A stretch of 64,000 nucleotides of DNA, from IMG/VR virus record IMGVR_UViG_3300022562_000659; one strand, written 5' to 3'. Origin of the DNA: a virus (lineage: Duplodnaviria > Heunggongvirae > Uroviricota > Caudoviricetes). The notes under the pieces are model-generated. The model made no database searches and was not told the origin of the DNA. It worked only from the letters and a program-made list of their open reading frames with translations. How positions within the stretch are numbered: the stretch's first letter is position 1; each line of letters opens with the position of its first letter. Shown piece by piece: positions 29,164 through 38,260 of the stretch. Both the position numbers and the translations under genes were made by a program.

Positions 29164-29385
29164 ATGGCTAACAATCAGGCGACTGTGGTTTCCGGTGTCG
29201 AGCGCATCTCTACTTCTGAGATCGTTGGTCTGACTGTGGATGATATCCGCGATCAGTTCTCGGATCTCCTGAACATTTCGGACGAGGCAACTGCTCTCGT
29301 CGGTGGAAATTCGGTTGAGGGAAACTACACGCTTAAGGCGGGCGATGAACTCGTTTTCAGCCGCGTTCTTGGTTCTAAGGGCTAA
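29164..29385 (+). CDS. ubiquitin-like beta-grasp protein (ThiS/MoaD/BilA-like Ubl)
   Basis: 73 aa, first gene of the operon. The GDELVF...G C-terminal pattern resembles the ThiS/MoaD C-terminus, ending ...VLGSKG. It directly precedes the E2-like, JAB and E1-like genes. Confidence 0.55.
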   Translation: MANNQATVVSGVERISTSEIVGLTVDDIRDQFSDLLNISDEATALVGGNSVEGNYTLKAGDELVFSRVLGSKG

Positions 29386-29398
29386 TTTTCTAACCCGA

Positions 29399-29446
29399 TA
29401 GAGATAAGGGGAACTTTAATTGGTTCCCCTTATCTCTTTTTATTGT
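29399..29446 (+). terminator. intrinsic terminator/attenuator immediately after the Ubl gene
   Basis: 14-bp perfect stem GAGATAAGGGGAAC-tttaatt-GGTTCCCCTTATCTC followed by TTTTTATT. Confidence 0.65.
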
Positions 29447-29485
29447 TCTAAAGTAATTTCCAATTCAATCTAAAGGAATAGTCAA

Positions 29486-30256
29486 ATGACAAATCAGCAA
29501 CTCCTTGTGGTTGATGGAAAGGTTTATGCAACCGCAATTGTCAGAGAGATTGATCCGCAGCAATTCCTGGATATTATGAGTAATGCGGCAACTCAGGCAA
29601 TTAATCTAACCCTTCCTCCATTCCCTGATAACACTCGGTGGTATCATCACGTTCCAAATCTGTTTTACGGATTTGTTGTTGAACTTCGACCGGGCCTTTT
29701 TACATTCAAGCATGAGCGATGGACTCGCTCTTTCAATGTGGCACTGCCGTGGCAGTATTTCGTTATTACATATTATTTTGATCTTGGAACCAGTGTTTGG
29801 AGAATGCAGACTCCTTCGCTTCTTTGGGGTAAGAATCGCGTTTCTAGGTTGACTGATCGAACTCTTTATCGACCAGAACTTCCGAACATTTTTGATGGTG
29901 GTTGTAACATTTGCATTGGTACAACTGCTCCTGATAGTCGGATGCATCCTTTTGAAAGGACCCAGGATTTTATTCAGACTTTCTATTCTGAAGCATCCCT
30001 GTTCAACGATGACTTGGATTGGGATTTCCCGAATGGGTATGATAATGCTGTTGAGTGGGCTAAAGCCTCTCGTGCAAATCCACTGTGCTGGATGAATTGG
30101 GATATCTTTGACACTAATAATAATTATAGCACATATCGATTGACCGATTACTTCACGCTGCCGCAGTATGATAGTAATGGCAATGAGATTTTCCCAATTA
30201 GAAATCTGGATGATGTTCTTCGACAGGCTCAGACTGTTGGTAGGAGGCCGTGGTAA
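29486..30256 (+). CDS. E2-like ubiquitin-conjugating-fold protein (putative)
   Basis: The segment LPNIFDGGCNICIG resembles the UBC active-site HPN-x-GxIC(L) motif with a catalytic Cys. It sits between the Ubl and JAB genes in BilA-B-C-D order. Confidence 0.45.
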   Translation: MTNQQLLVVDGKVYATAIVREIDPQQFLDIMSNAATQAINLTLPPFPDNTRWYHHVPNLFYGFVVELRPGLFTFKHERWTRSFNVALPWQYFVITYYFDLGTSVWRMQTPSLLWGKNRVSRLTDRTLYRPELPNIFDGGCNICIGTTAPDSRMHPFERTQDFIQTFYSEASLFNDDLDWDFPNGYDNAVEWAKASRANPLCWMNWDIFDTNNNYSTYRLTDYFTLPQYDSNGNEIFPIRNLDDVLRQAQTVGRRPW

Positions 30257-31521
30257 TGACTTCTAATCCCCTTAGTCTTTTCGATGTTCTTCCTCTGAAG
30301 GGGAAGTTGGAAGACCTTCCGGAGCCTACGGTTCCATATTTCTTTGTCGCAGGCGATGGCCTGTTTATGCGGCGAACAACTTCAATTGGAGTTGTTACCG
30401 AAAGGCAGAGTGAATGGCCGAAGCAACTTAAGAAGGCGGATATCAAGAACGGTAATCTCAAATATACTGCTCCGCCTATCCCACAGTCAATTATCGAGCG
30501 GGCCTGGGGTTTCTTTAAGTATGCTTTTGAGGAAAACCAGTCCGAAGCCGAGGTTTTGATTCTGTTTGATCCGGAGCGCAAGCGATATCGATTGTTTGCT
30601 CCACATCAGGAATGCACTATCGCTAGTGTTCACAGTCTTTATGACCCGGCAGATATCCCGAATGGATATCAGGTAATCGGCTCTATTCATTCTCATTGTG
30701 ACTTTGGTGCATTCCATTCAGGTGTGGATACTGATGATGCATCTAGTTTCAACGGATTGCATATCACTATTGGGCATGTGGATCGGGAAAATTCTCCCGA
30801 ATTCGCTGTCATGGTTATGCTTAATGGCCTTCGTTGGGATTACGAAATCACAAACGTGGCTGCGACTTCTGAAAAGATGACTCCGCGCGGTTTTCCGGCT
30901 GTGTGGAAGAACATGTTTGGAAGTTATACTGAGATTGCAGAGCGAGAATTCAAGAGCCTTACTCCTGATGATATCAAGAAGTGGACTGATTCTCGCAAGC
31001 CCAAGACGACTTTCAAGTCATCGGGTAGTTCAATCCTTACTGGTGCACGTATCTGGAATGGATACGATGACGATGATGATTCCTGGAATTGGTGGAGGTC
31101 TTGGGGTCCGAAGTCTCAGTCAGAATGGTCTTCTGATAGGGCTAAGGATAAGGCGGAAAAGAAGCGGGATTCTCGTTATACGGACGAGAACAAGAGCAAT
31201 CTTCGATACTGCTACGAGACTCGCGGTTACGTTCCCAAGCATTGGCTTGATTCCAAGGGAATGCTTCTGCGACAGTATATCGAAGAGGCATTTGAATTGG
31301 AGTTCGCAAGGCTGTTTGATGCAGCACTTACCCGTGGTTTTTGGGTTTCATGTTCCATCAATAAGATGGACGATGATACTATTGAAAAGTTTTCGGATAA
31401 TGCTGATGAGGCCGAGATTCGGCTTCTGAATGAGGGTAAGGATTATCTTCCGGGCTGGGCTACCGTGCGGGAGAATGAGGTTTCCTCTAGCGATACTCGA
31501 AAGTATGAGCCAGAGGATTAA
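30256..31521 (+). CDS. JAB/JAMM (MPN+) metalloprotease-domain protein with long C-terminal extension
   Basis: The upstream Glu is in FAPHQE. The complete JAMM motif HSHCDFGAFHSGVD (H-x-H-x7-S-x2-D) is present. ATG at 30256 follows a TAGGAGG RBS and overlaps the previous stop (TAATG). Confidence 0.7.
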   Translation: MTSNPLSLFDVLPLKGKLEDLPEPTVPYFFVAGDGLFMRRTTSIGVVTERQSEWPKQLKKADIKNGNLKYTAPPIPQSIIERAWGFFKYAFEENQSEAEVLILFDPERKRYRLFAPHQECTIASVHSLYDPADIPNGYQVIGSIHSHCDFGAFHSGVDTDDASSFNGLHITIGHVDRENSPEFAVMVMLNGLRWDYEITNVAATSEKMTPRGFPAVWKNMFGSYTEIAEREFKSLTPDDIKKWTDSRKPKTTFKSSGSSILTGARIWNGYDDDDDSWNWWRSWGPKSQSEWSSDRAKDKAEKKRDSRYTDENKSNLRYCYETRGYVPKHWLDSKGMLLRQYIEEAFELEFARLFDAALTRGFWVSCSINKMDDDTIEKFSDNADEAEIRLLNEGKDYLPGWATVRENEVSSSDTRKYEPED

Positions 31522-31526
31522 CCATT

Positions 31527-31829
31527 ATGGTATGGATTATTGTCTTTGGTAATCCAATGGAGGGGTTCAATTATATTGGCCCCTTCAATATCCTATCTGA
31601 AGCAGAGAGATACGCAACGGGTTCCAATCTTACAAGTGATTATTCATGGTGGATTGCTCCCGTAGAACGGCCTCGCGAATCCGACCTAAAGAAATTCTGT
31701 GAATACTTTCCCAGCCTGGCAATTGAGGAAAACTATCACGCAACTGAATGTATTGAATCTAATAGAGATCGCGGATCAAGTCCATATATTTGTCTTGCAA
31801 AGGCAAGTGCCTCGGAGAGTATGAAGTGA
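31527..31829 (+). CDS. hypothetical protein
   Basis: 100 aa between the JAB and E1-like genes. Confidence 0.35.
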   Translation: MVWIIVFGNPMEGFNYIGPFNILSEAERYATGSNLTSDYSWWIAPVERPRESDLKKFCEYFPSLAIEENYHATECIESNRDRGSSPYICLAKASASESMK

Positions 31830-32521
31830 CTTCCCGTTACCTTATGGTAGGTGCTGGTGGAACCGGAACCCATTTGCTGCACCCGTTGATCAATTATCTT
31901 GATACATTCCATACTGGCTCTGATTATCTGCTTGGAGTCATGGATGGAGATCAGGTCGAACAGAAAAATTTGTCTCGCCAACTGTTCCAGGCAACAGATA
32001 TCTACAGCAATAAGGCAAAAGCGGCGATCCATCCCTTTGAGTCCAATACAAGTGTTCGGGCATTTCCTGAATTTCTTGGTAAGGATAATATCGATAAGTT
32101 TATCACAGACGGTACTGTTGTTCTGATCTGTGTTGACAATTTCCCGGTGCGCGCCCGAATTGAGCAGCATTGCAATAACCTAGATAACGTTGTCGTTATC
32201 AATGGTGGAAATGAAGAGGATTCGGGCTCTTGTCAGATTTGGGTTAGGGAGAATGGGACTGATATCACGCCCCGGCTTTCCTTTCTGCATCCCGAAATCT
32301 ATAAGGTGGAAGAGGATCGCGCAGAACTTTCTTGTCAGGCAATTGCACAACTCCCCGGTGGAGAGCAATTGATTATCGCAAATATGAGTAGCGCCATGTG
32401 GATGCTTACAGCACTCATGGATTACCATCGTAGTAAGGTTTCTTGGACCGAGTTGCATTTTGATCTTTCTGCCGGAAAGACATTCGGTATGGATAACCGT
32501 ACTTTGAGCGGGTGGAAGTAA
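31790..32521 (+). CDS. E1-like ubiquitin-activating enzyme (ThiF/MoeB family)
   Basis: Rossmann motif MVGAGGTGT. E1 signature MDGDQVEQKNLSRQLF (DxDxVExSNLxRQ). A CxxC region is present. The start codon is uncertain (TTG at 31790 or downstream). Confidence 0.75.
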   Translation: MSCKGKCLGEYEVTSRYLMVGAGGTGTHLLHPLINYLDTFHTGSDYLLGVMDGDQVEQKNLSRQLFQATDIYSNKAKAAIHPFESNTSVRAFPEFLGKDNIDKFITDGTVVLICVDNFPVRARIEQHCNNLDNVVVINGGNEEDSGSCQIWVRENGTDITPRLSFLHPEIYKVEEDRAELSCQAIAQLPGGEQLIIANMSSAMWMLTALMDYHRSKVSWTELHFDLSAGKTFGMDNRTLSGWK

Positions 32522-32522
32522 A

Positions 32523-32798
32523 ATGGGACATACAACTGAATGTACGATGCACCAACGGGCTAAAACTAATGGTGATCATCATTGGGGATGCGAATGCTGG
32601 TGCCATAAACAAATTACAAAACCTAATCCAACTTGGACATTTAATAAACTTGTAGCAGAAATTACAAAGTTGCTTCCAACAGCATCTTTTGCTTGTGATA
32701 ATGAAGGTCAGATTATTATCAATACCAATTTACAATTTCTGCAAGATTTGACCGGTGTAGCAACTGATACTCTTGTGGATATGCCTGATCCAGAATGA
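32523..32798 (+). CDS. Cys/His-rich small protein
   Basis: HHWGCECWCH. Confidence 0.4.
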   Translation: MGHTTECTMHQRAKTNGDHHWGCECWCHKQITKPNPTWTFNKLVAEITKLLPTASFACDNEGQIIINTNLQFLQDLTGVATDTLVDMPDPE

Positions 32799-33133
32799 AA
32801 TCCCTACCTCTATATCCTGGTGCTAAACCATGTGTTCAAAGTGGTTACTGTTGTAAAACAGCTCCTTGCTATTTTGGAGAGTGGGATGAGGAACGATCTC
32901 AATGCCGATATCTTGTATCATTATCAAATGAAGGAGGAAAAGATCAAAAATATTCGGAACCATACATTTGTCTCAAATATGAAGAAATCACGTCCCGCCC
33001 CCGAGCCGATTGGGAATCAAGCCCAGCATTCGGGGCAGGTTGTAGTTCCACACTTGGGAATACCGCCCGAGATCGAATCATTGAATCAGATCCTATTCGT
33101 TATCGCGATCTCCTTGCTGGACGAAATGTATAG
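32795..33133 (+). CDS. Cys-rich small protein
   Basis: CVQSGYCCKTAPC...CRY...C. An alternative overlapping frame (32820..33281) exists. Confidence 0.35.
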   Translation: MKSLPLYPGAKPCVQSGYCCKTAPCYFGEWDEERSQCRYLVSLSNEGGKDQKYSEPYICLKYEEITSRPRADWESSPAFGAGCSSTLGNTARDRIIESDPIRYRDLLAGRNV

Positions 33134-33281
33134 TCCGGATTCCCGATATCTAGCGATGTTGAAAGCAAAAAAGCGTATTCGGCAGTTAGGAATCAATTAC
33201 GAAGATTTCATGAAAATTGTCGATGCTTTTGATACATATCAGAAGCACAACCAGAATCCTATTGAAAGGGTGCTTTTCTAG

Positions 33282-33437
33282 ATGTATCGCTATCTTGATA
33301 TGTTCCTTACAGGGGGAATGTTCGCATTCATTTTTGTAGGGCTGTTCTCATTCCTAGGTGAAGTTGCAGCCATTACTGCAATCGGATTTGCAGTTGGGAT
33401 TATACTTGTCCATCTTTCTTATAAGGAAGATAAGTAA
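33282..33437 (+). CDS. small membrane protein (51 aa, not in ORF track)
   Basis: ATG immediately after a TAG. Two hydrophobic helices (MFAFIFVGLFSFL and AITAIGFAVGIILV). TAATG overlap with the next gene. Confidence 0.4.
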   Translation: MYRYLDMFLTGGMFAFIFVGLFSFLGEVAAITAIGFAVGIILVHLSYKEDK

Positions 33438-33850
33438 TGGTTACCCAAATTCGGCCCGCAAATAATAAGCCGTGGGAAGAAGTGGTTCCCGGTTCCAATA
33501 ATTCATCCGAATTCCAATCTGTATTGTACATGGTAGGTGCGGGTGCTAGAATGGGGTGGGAGAATATTCCCACCAAGGGACTTTCTCTTACAGAGCAAGT
33601 AGCAATTGCTTATTTGCGTAACCTGTGTGAAACCATTGAAAAGCAACACACAATCACTGGAGAAAATGCAACAGTATACCACGATTTGCTGACTACTCCC
33701 GGTCTTCTTGATGCCAAGTTTGATATGCTAAATGAGAAACAGAAAATGATTCTTATGTCACTTGGTCGTATGTGGATTGCAATGGCACAAGTTAATAATG
33801 CAAATCCAGTAGTTAAGAGATTTTCCAATGCCACAGAACCAGCGGATTAA
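33437..33850 (+). CDS. hypothetical protein
   Basis: 137 aa. Confidence 0.4.
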   Translation: MVTQIRPANNKPWEEVVPGSNNSSEFQSVLYMVGAGARMGWENIPTKGLSLTEQVAIAYLRNLCETIEKQHTITGENATVYHDLLTTPGLLDAKFDMLNEKQKMILMSLGRMWIAMAQVNNANPVVKRFSNATEPAD

Positions 33851-34160
33851 ACTAAATGGAAAAGGTTCTGCTAGAGTAATTGGCTACGATCAGCCAGCAG
33901 GAGAAATCGCCTTTCTATCTACAACTCTTGGGTACATTGTTCTAAAACTCAAAGGACATTTGGCCTGGAGTGCAAGATCAGAACAAACTTATTATCCTGC
34001 AAAATATGAAGTGTTTGAAATTGTCGAGGGTGATCCCGGTGAGGATGCTGATTTTGAAGTAAAGCATCTATTTGATTTCCCAACGCGCAAGGATACTCCG
34101 TATCGTGTGTATAGGGAAGGAAGGTTGATCGATAGTTGGTATGAGGAACGAGAATACTAA
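33828..34160 (+). CDS. hypothetical protein
   Basis: 110 aa. Confidence 0.4.
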   Translation: MPQNQRIKLNGKGSARVIGYDQPAGEIAFLSTTLGYIVLKLKGHLAWSARSEQTYYPAKYEVFEIVEGDPGEDADFEVKHLFDFPTRKDTPYRVYREGRLIDSWYEEREY

Positions 34161-34268
34161 TTACGGCGGAGAGCATTATGGATGCTTTGAATGGTTTATC
34201 ACACTATTTTTTACTATTCCATTGCTCACCTTCTTTTCGCTCCTGTATATTGCCCTCGTATCTCATAA

Positions 34269-34556
34269 TTGATAAGAGGGCAGAGTTTTATAATGCGGGC
34301 TGTTACATTTGATGTGTATCATCAAACATATGATCCAGAAACTCATCGCATTATCACAAGGCTTGTAAGCGGAGGATACATGAAGTGGACGGATGCAGTT
34401 ATAGTCACATACGTTTTTGCAAGTAGTATTTGGGGATCATTTACTATTCGCAAGTGCGCTCACAATCTAACTGAAAGCACGCTTGAGTATCATTCCGCGA
34501 TTTCTGATCCCGATAATCTCAAGTCCATTCTTAAGAATACACTGGATTTTGATTGA
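34269..34556 (+). CDS. hypothetical protein
   Basis: 95 aa. Confidence 0.35.
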   Translation: MIRGQSFIMRAVTFDVYHQTYDPETHRIITRLVSGGYMKWTDAVIVTYVFASSIWGSFTIRKCAHNLTESTLEYHSAISDPDNLKSILKNTLDFD

Positions 34557-34563
34557 TAATGGT

Positions 34564-35214
34564 ATGCGTAATGTCATTCAATTTGCGTCGGGATTCGCAG
34601 CCCTAGGCTGCATTCTCGACTTTGATACAACAACCGGTGAAATGACAGTTACCGATGTTCCGAAAGAATTTCGAAAAACTGTCCATGCCGCACTAGAGGA
34701 TATTGAGTATTATGAAACTACATCGAATTATGGGGATGGAATCGCGATCTTCGCCTTGGCAAATACGGTGGATGGTTCTGATAATCCTATACGACATTCT
34801 GATCGTAATCGCATCCTGCATCGTATTCTTGGGTATGCTAATCCTGATGGTAAATTCTATCGCTCCGTAATCAACGATATCAAAGTACATAGAAGTTGGC
34901 ATTCTTCAAAAGAATCCAACACTTGTACATATTTTGGTAGTATCTGTACCAATCGCGGAGTTGATATTCCAGAAGGAAAACGAGGACGAAAGAGTTATCG
35001 TAGTCCGGATCAATTCCACCTAGCATCTAGCCGTGGAATTGCCCGTGAACAATTGGTGACTCCTAATCTCCAGGCATTGTATGATACAATTCCAGAAGGT
35101 AATTGTACCTCAAGCAATAACAAGAAGCCTGTAAACATTGAATCTCTGATCAAAACTCTCTCACCGGAGGAAGCAGCGATTCTAATCGAGCGATTGAAGG
35201 AGATTAGTAAATAG
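34564..35214 (+). CDS. hypothetical protein
   Basis: Internal ATG of track ORF 34483..35214, after the upstream stop. Confidence 0.4.
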   Translation: MRNVIQFASGFAALGCILDFDTTTGEMTVTDVPKEFRKTVHAALEDIEYYETTSNYGDGIAIFALANTVDGSDNPIRHSDRNRILHRILGYANPDGKFYRSVINDIKVHRSWHSSKESNTCTYFGSICTNRGVDIPEGKRGRKSYRSPDQFHLASSRGIAREQLVTPNLQALYDTIPEGNCTSSNNKKPVNIESLIKTLSPEEAAILIERLKEISK

Positions 35215-35215
35215 A

Positions 35216-36112
35216 ATGTCTGTGTATAATACAACTCCAATTACCTCACATGTATGGCAAGATCATAAAGGATATCCACGTAACGAAAACGATCCACTTC
35301 AAAGTCGCTTCTGTCGTTCGATCATTAGAATCGAGGATGAGTTTGGAAATAGGTTTATCTGGTGTGATGGACTGCCCAATGAGCATCCAGCTAGAGAACC
35401 CAAAGAGCAAATCGCACTGTCTGATTTCATTGATGAGAAAGACCTAGAAATGATTGATCCCCAGCCGAAAATGACTGACACTGAAATGGTTCACAATTTC
35501 AACGCGCAGGCAGTAAATGATTTGTGCTTGCTTAGAAGTTGCAAGGCCCATATTACAGGTGGAATGCACCTCAAGCATAAACTCACAGACTCTAATATTA
35601 AATTTGTGACTCTTCCATCAACCACGAGCCTGTTTTCAATTCCATCATTGATGCGCAATAAGATCAATATTGAAACTGGTCGTAAGGCAGTTGCAACTAT
35701 TTGTATCATCTGCAATAAGAATCTGATTCCTACAGATGCAGATGCAATGTTCTGTGATAATTGTGAAAAGGCTGAATTCGGACACCAGTTTACACTTAAT
35801 AGGCGTCGTAATAGAGATTATGACGAGGATGAAGATCCCGATTACCTGTCCGAATTGGAAAACACATTTGGATACGATATCCGGTATGAGCGCTACAGCA
35901 ATTTGTGTGGATGCGCAAGGTGCTGGAAATATCGGGATTTCTATGCTATTCGTGGAGATATTTCTCTTCGTGAAGGCAATCATTGGGACGGAGATCGGAT
36001 TGTTTTTGAGGAGCATGAAAATGATCCACATATTCGTATTACAGATCCTGATGATTTGTCGTGTGGAATGTGCGATCTTCCCCGCACTCACCGTTACCAT
36101 ATCACGACCTAG
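35216..36112 (+). CDS. Cys-rich (multi zinc-finger-like) protein
   Basis: 298 aa with about 20 Cys, many in CxxC pairs (CDNCEK, CGCARC, CGMC). Confidence 0.45.
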   Translation: MSVYNTTPITSHVWQDHKGYPRNENDPLQSRFCRSIIRIEDEFGNRFIWCDGLPNEHPAREPKEQIALSDFIDEKDLEMIDPQPKMTDTEMVHNFNAQAVNDLCLLRSCKAHITGGMHLKHKLTDSNIKFVTLPSTTSLFSIPSLMRNKINIETGRKAVATICIICNKNLIPTDADAMFCDNCEKAEFGHQFTLNRRRNRDYDEDEDPDYLSELENTFGYDIRYERYSNLCGCARCWKYRDFYAIRGDISLREGNHWDGDRIVFEEHENDPHIRITDPDDLSCGMCDLPRTHRYHITT

Positions 36113-36114
36113 TT

Positions 36115-36564
36115 ATGAATAACAATAAATTCCGCGAATGGCTTAATGCGGAGGAACGGGCAACTGATTATCATCCCTTTATGCGATGTGGTCATACTGC
36201 CCAAGCCATGGATCAATATGGGTATCCTGTTTGTGTCATTGATTATGGCATTACGCCGGATGCACTGGTTGTTGACAATTCACCTGATCTATCAGGAAGG
36301 ATGATGCGATGCTATTGCAATTCTTCCCCTAAACCATCAAATAAGAACGAGGCTTTCTTTGAGTATCGGGGACCGGGAAGTCGTGCTGCAATGGAGAGGT
36401 GTAAGAATTGCGGCTATTCCTATAGTTATCATATTATTGGAGAGCGTCCGATTATTGCTCACAAAAATGGGCATACCGAGAACTGTCGCCATTGTGATTC
36501 ATTCGAACCAATTGGTTCGTATGAGTTTGATTCTTATTATTGTGGTCATGCTGGATGGGATTAA
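36115..36564 (+). CDS. Cys/His-rich protein
   Basis: ATG right after the previous stop. CKNCGYSYSYH...CRHCD. Confidence 0.4.
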   Translation: MNNNKFREWLNAEERATDYHPFMRCGHTAQAMDQYGYPVCVIDYGITPDALVVDNSPDLSGRMMRCYCNSSPKPSNKNEAFFEYRGPGSRAAMERCKNCGYSYSYHIIGERPIIAHKNGHTENCRHCDSFEPIGSYEFDSYYCGHAGWD

Positions 36565-36568
36565 ATAA

Positions 36569-36796
36569 ATGTCAGTAGATGTTATGGTTGCGGACTGGAA
36601 CCAATCACAGATTTGGGAATCCAGAATGCGGCAAGAACACGCTCGCGAAAGTGGAATAGGATATCGTGGTTGCCGCAGACTTGATCCAAAGGATTATCAC
36701 AATAAGCGTTGGGAAGACGGTGGGCTTTGGAGTGAAGCCCTCCGAAAAGGAAAACTAAGGCTCCAAACAAAGAGTGCCCTTCAAGATGATTATTGA
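36569..36796 (+). CDS. hypothetical protein
   Basis: 75 aa. Confidence 0.35.
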   Translation: MSVDVMVADWNQSQIWESRMRQEHARESGIGYRGCRRLDPKDYHNKRWEDGGLWSEALRKGKLRLQTKSALQDDY

Positions 36797-36998
36797 GTCT
36801 ACAACTAAGATTGAATTTAGTGACCTGGAACTACTCGCATTGTTCGGGTTCCTTAAGGAAGTGAAACATAATATCAATACTGGGGAACATGTGGACAATG
36901 CAATAAAAAAGATTGAACGAGCATGTGTTTTCGTGCTTGATGACTATTCATATCTACTGGAAAAAAAGCATGCGAAACAAAACCGTTACTCTCGCTGA
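36774..36998 (+). CDS. hypothetical protein
   Basis: 74 aa. Confidence 0.35.
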   Translation: MPFKMIIESTTKIEFSDLELLALFGFLKEVKHNINTGEHVDNAIKKIERACVFVLDDYSYLLEKKHAKQNRYSR

Positions 36999-37383
36999 GA
37001 TTGCGGAAGCAATTAGGCTATCACCACTTATCAAGCAATCGTCAGGAGATTTCTTCCGAACAAAAGAATTTCTTGACTCAGATATGCAAATGAGACAATA
37101 TATCACACATGTTGATGCAATCGGGGCGGCGGCGATTGTTCTAAATGTTCGCCCCAATGATTTGTATGAGGCAATGTGTGATCCAGATTTGCCATCTTCA
37201 TTTGGTGATACCATTGCCATGTGGAATGATAGCACTCTCAATTATTCATTTAATGAGATTTCTAATCTAATCAGAACGCGATATGCGGGCCAACTCAATA
37301 CAGAGTTTACAGTACCTGATTGTGTTACCTATGTTCGGAGCAAGCATGGATACCGAAGAAATTATCGACAAGCCTATACTTAA
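36970..37383 (+). CDS. hypothetical protein
   Basis: Internal ATG of track ORF 36913..37383. Confidence 0.35.
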   Translation: MRNKTVTLAEIAEAIRLSPLIKQSSGDFFRTKEFLDSDMQMRQYITHVDAIGAAAIVLNVRPNDLYEAMCDPDLPSSFGDTIAMWNDSTLNYSFNEISNLIRTRYAGQLNTEFTVPDCVTYVRSKHGYRRNYRQAYT

Positions 37384-37576
37384 ACATGATTATAGATCGC
37401 TAGTTAAAACGGTAGCATACTTTATATTTCACTACGTTAATACAGCCGATGTAGAGTCCGCATATAATTATACAATTGCAAAAATTCTGGAACATGATCC
37501 TGACTTCAATGAGGAAGAATTTATGCAAATGTTCAATCAGGAATGGATGAAGTTGGGTGATCGGATCGTCGGATAA
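37346..37576 (+). CDS. hypothetical protein
   Basis: ATG after GGAG. Confidence 0.35.
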   Translation: MDTEEIIDKPILKHDYRSLVKTVAYFIFHYVNTADVESAYNYTIAKILEHDPDFNEEEFMQMFNQEWMKLGDRIVG

Positions 37577-37759
37577 TAATCTTGAGCCTGTTCAGCAATT
37601 ACGCTGAACAGGCTCTTTTCGTGTTACGATTGAATTTCGGTTACGTTCCTGTTACAGAGGGATACCCGTTACTGTAGTAGCAGGCGATTTCTATCGTTTG
37701 ATTATGCTACTGAAAGCTTGGCTCTATTCTCAGGAACAATTGTTGAGCTGGCTCCAGGC

Positions 37760-37860
37760 TTCAATTGCCGGTTCCAATTGCCAGGTCCAATTTACGCATT
37801 CGATTGCCGGATGCGATTACCTGGATTCATTGAATCGCTTGATTCATTGAAGCGATTTTT
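37760..37860. repeat. iteron-like degenerate direct repeats in 680-bp non-coding region
   Basis: Repeat units CAATTGCCGG, CAATTGCCAGG, GATTGCCGG and GATTACCTGG. The 16-nt unit ATTCATTGAATCGCTT / ATTCATTGAAGCGATT occurs twice in tandem. Confidence 0.45.
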
Positions 37861-38260
37861 TCCGTTATCGTTATTCGTAATCGCTTTGCTCTATCGAAGG
37901 AATCTATCTATTGCATTTGACAACTGGTACGATTCGTGGTATACTGAACTAGTTCAGGAGTTGAGATTGAGGAAACGGAAACGCGATCCTCAATCCAGGT
38001 ATCCTAAACCGAAACCGGAAAGGCCAAACTGAATACGGAATATCGGTAGACACTCCGGTATGCCTTGGGAAAGCCCAAATGCCAAGCGGAACCAAGATCA
38101 CAACCGAGAATGCTGAAAGCAATTCCGATAGGAAATATTCAGGTCAAACTGAAGATCCGGTTTGCACCTTAACAACTGAATACCGACTCTGATACAGGTT
38201 CCCGAATCCCTGGTAGATACTGGGATTGCGGAGCCTATACGAGTTCCTGTTCTCAAATCC

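Noticed and set aside
32820-33281. 153-aa ORF overlapping 32795..33133 in another frame
   Set aside because: It cannot be resolved from sequence alone. The Cys-rich frame was kept by analogy with its neighbours, but the C-terminal part of this frame (33126..33281) may be a real small gene.
37718-38032. Plus-strand 104-aa ORF
   Set aside because: It lies entirely within the iteron-like repeat region, and its sequence is repeat-driven (LPGPIYAFDCRMRLPGFIESL).
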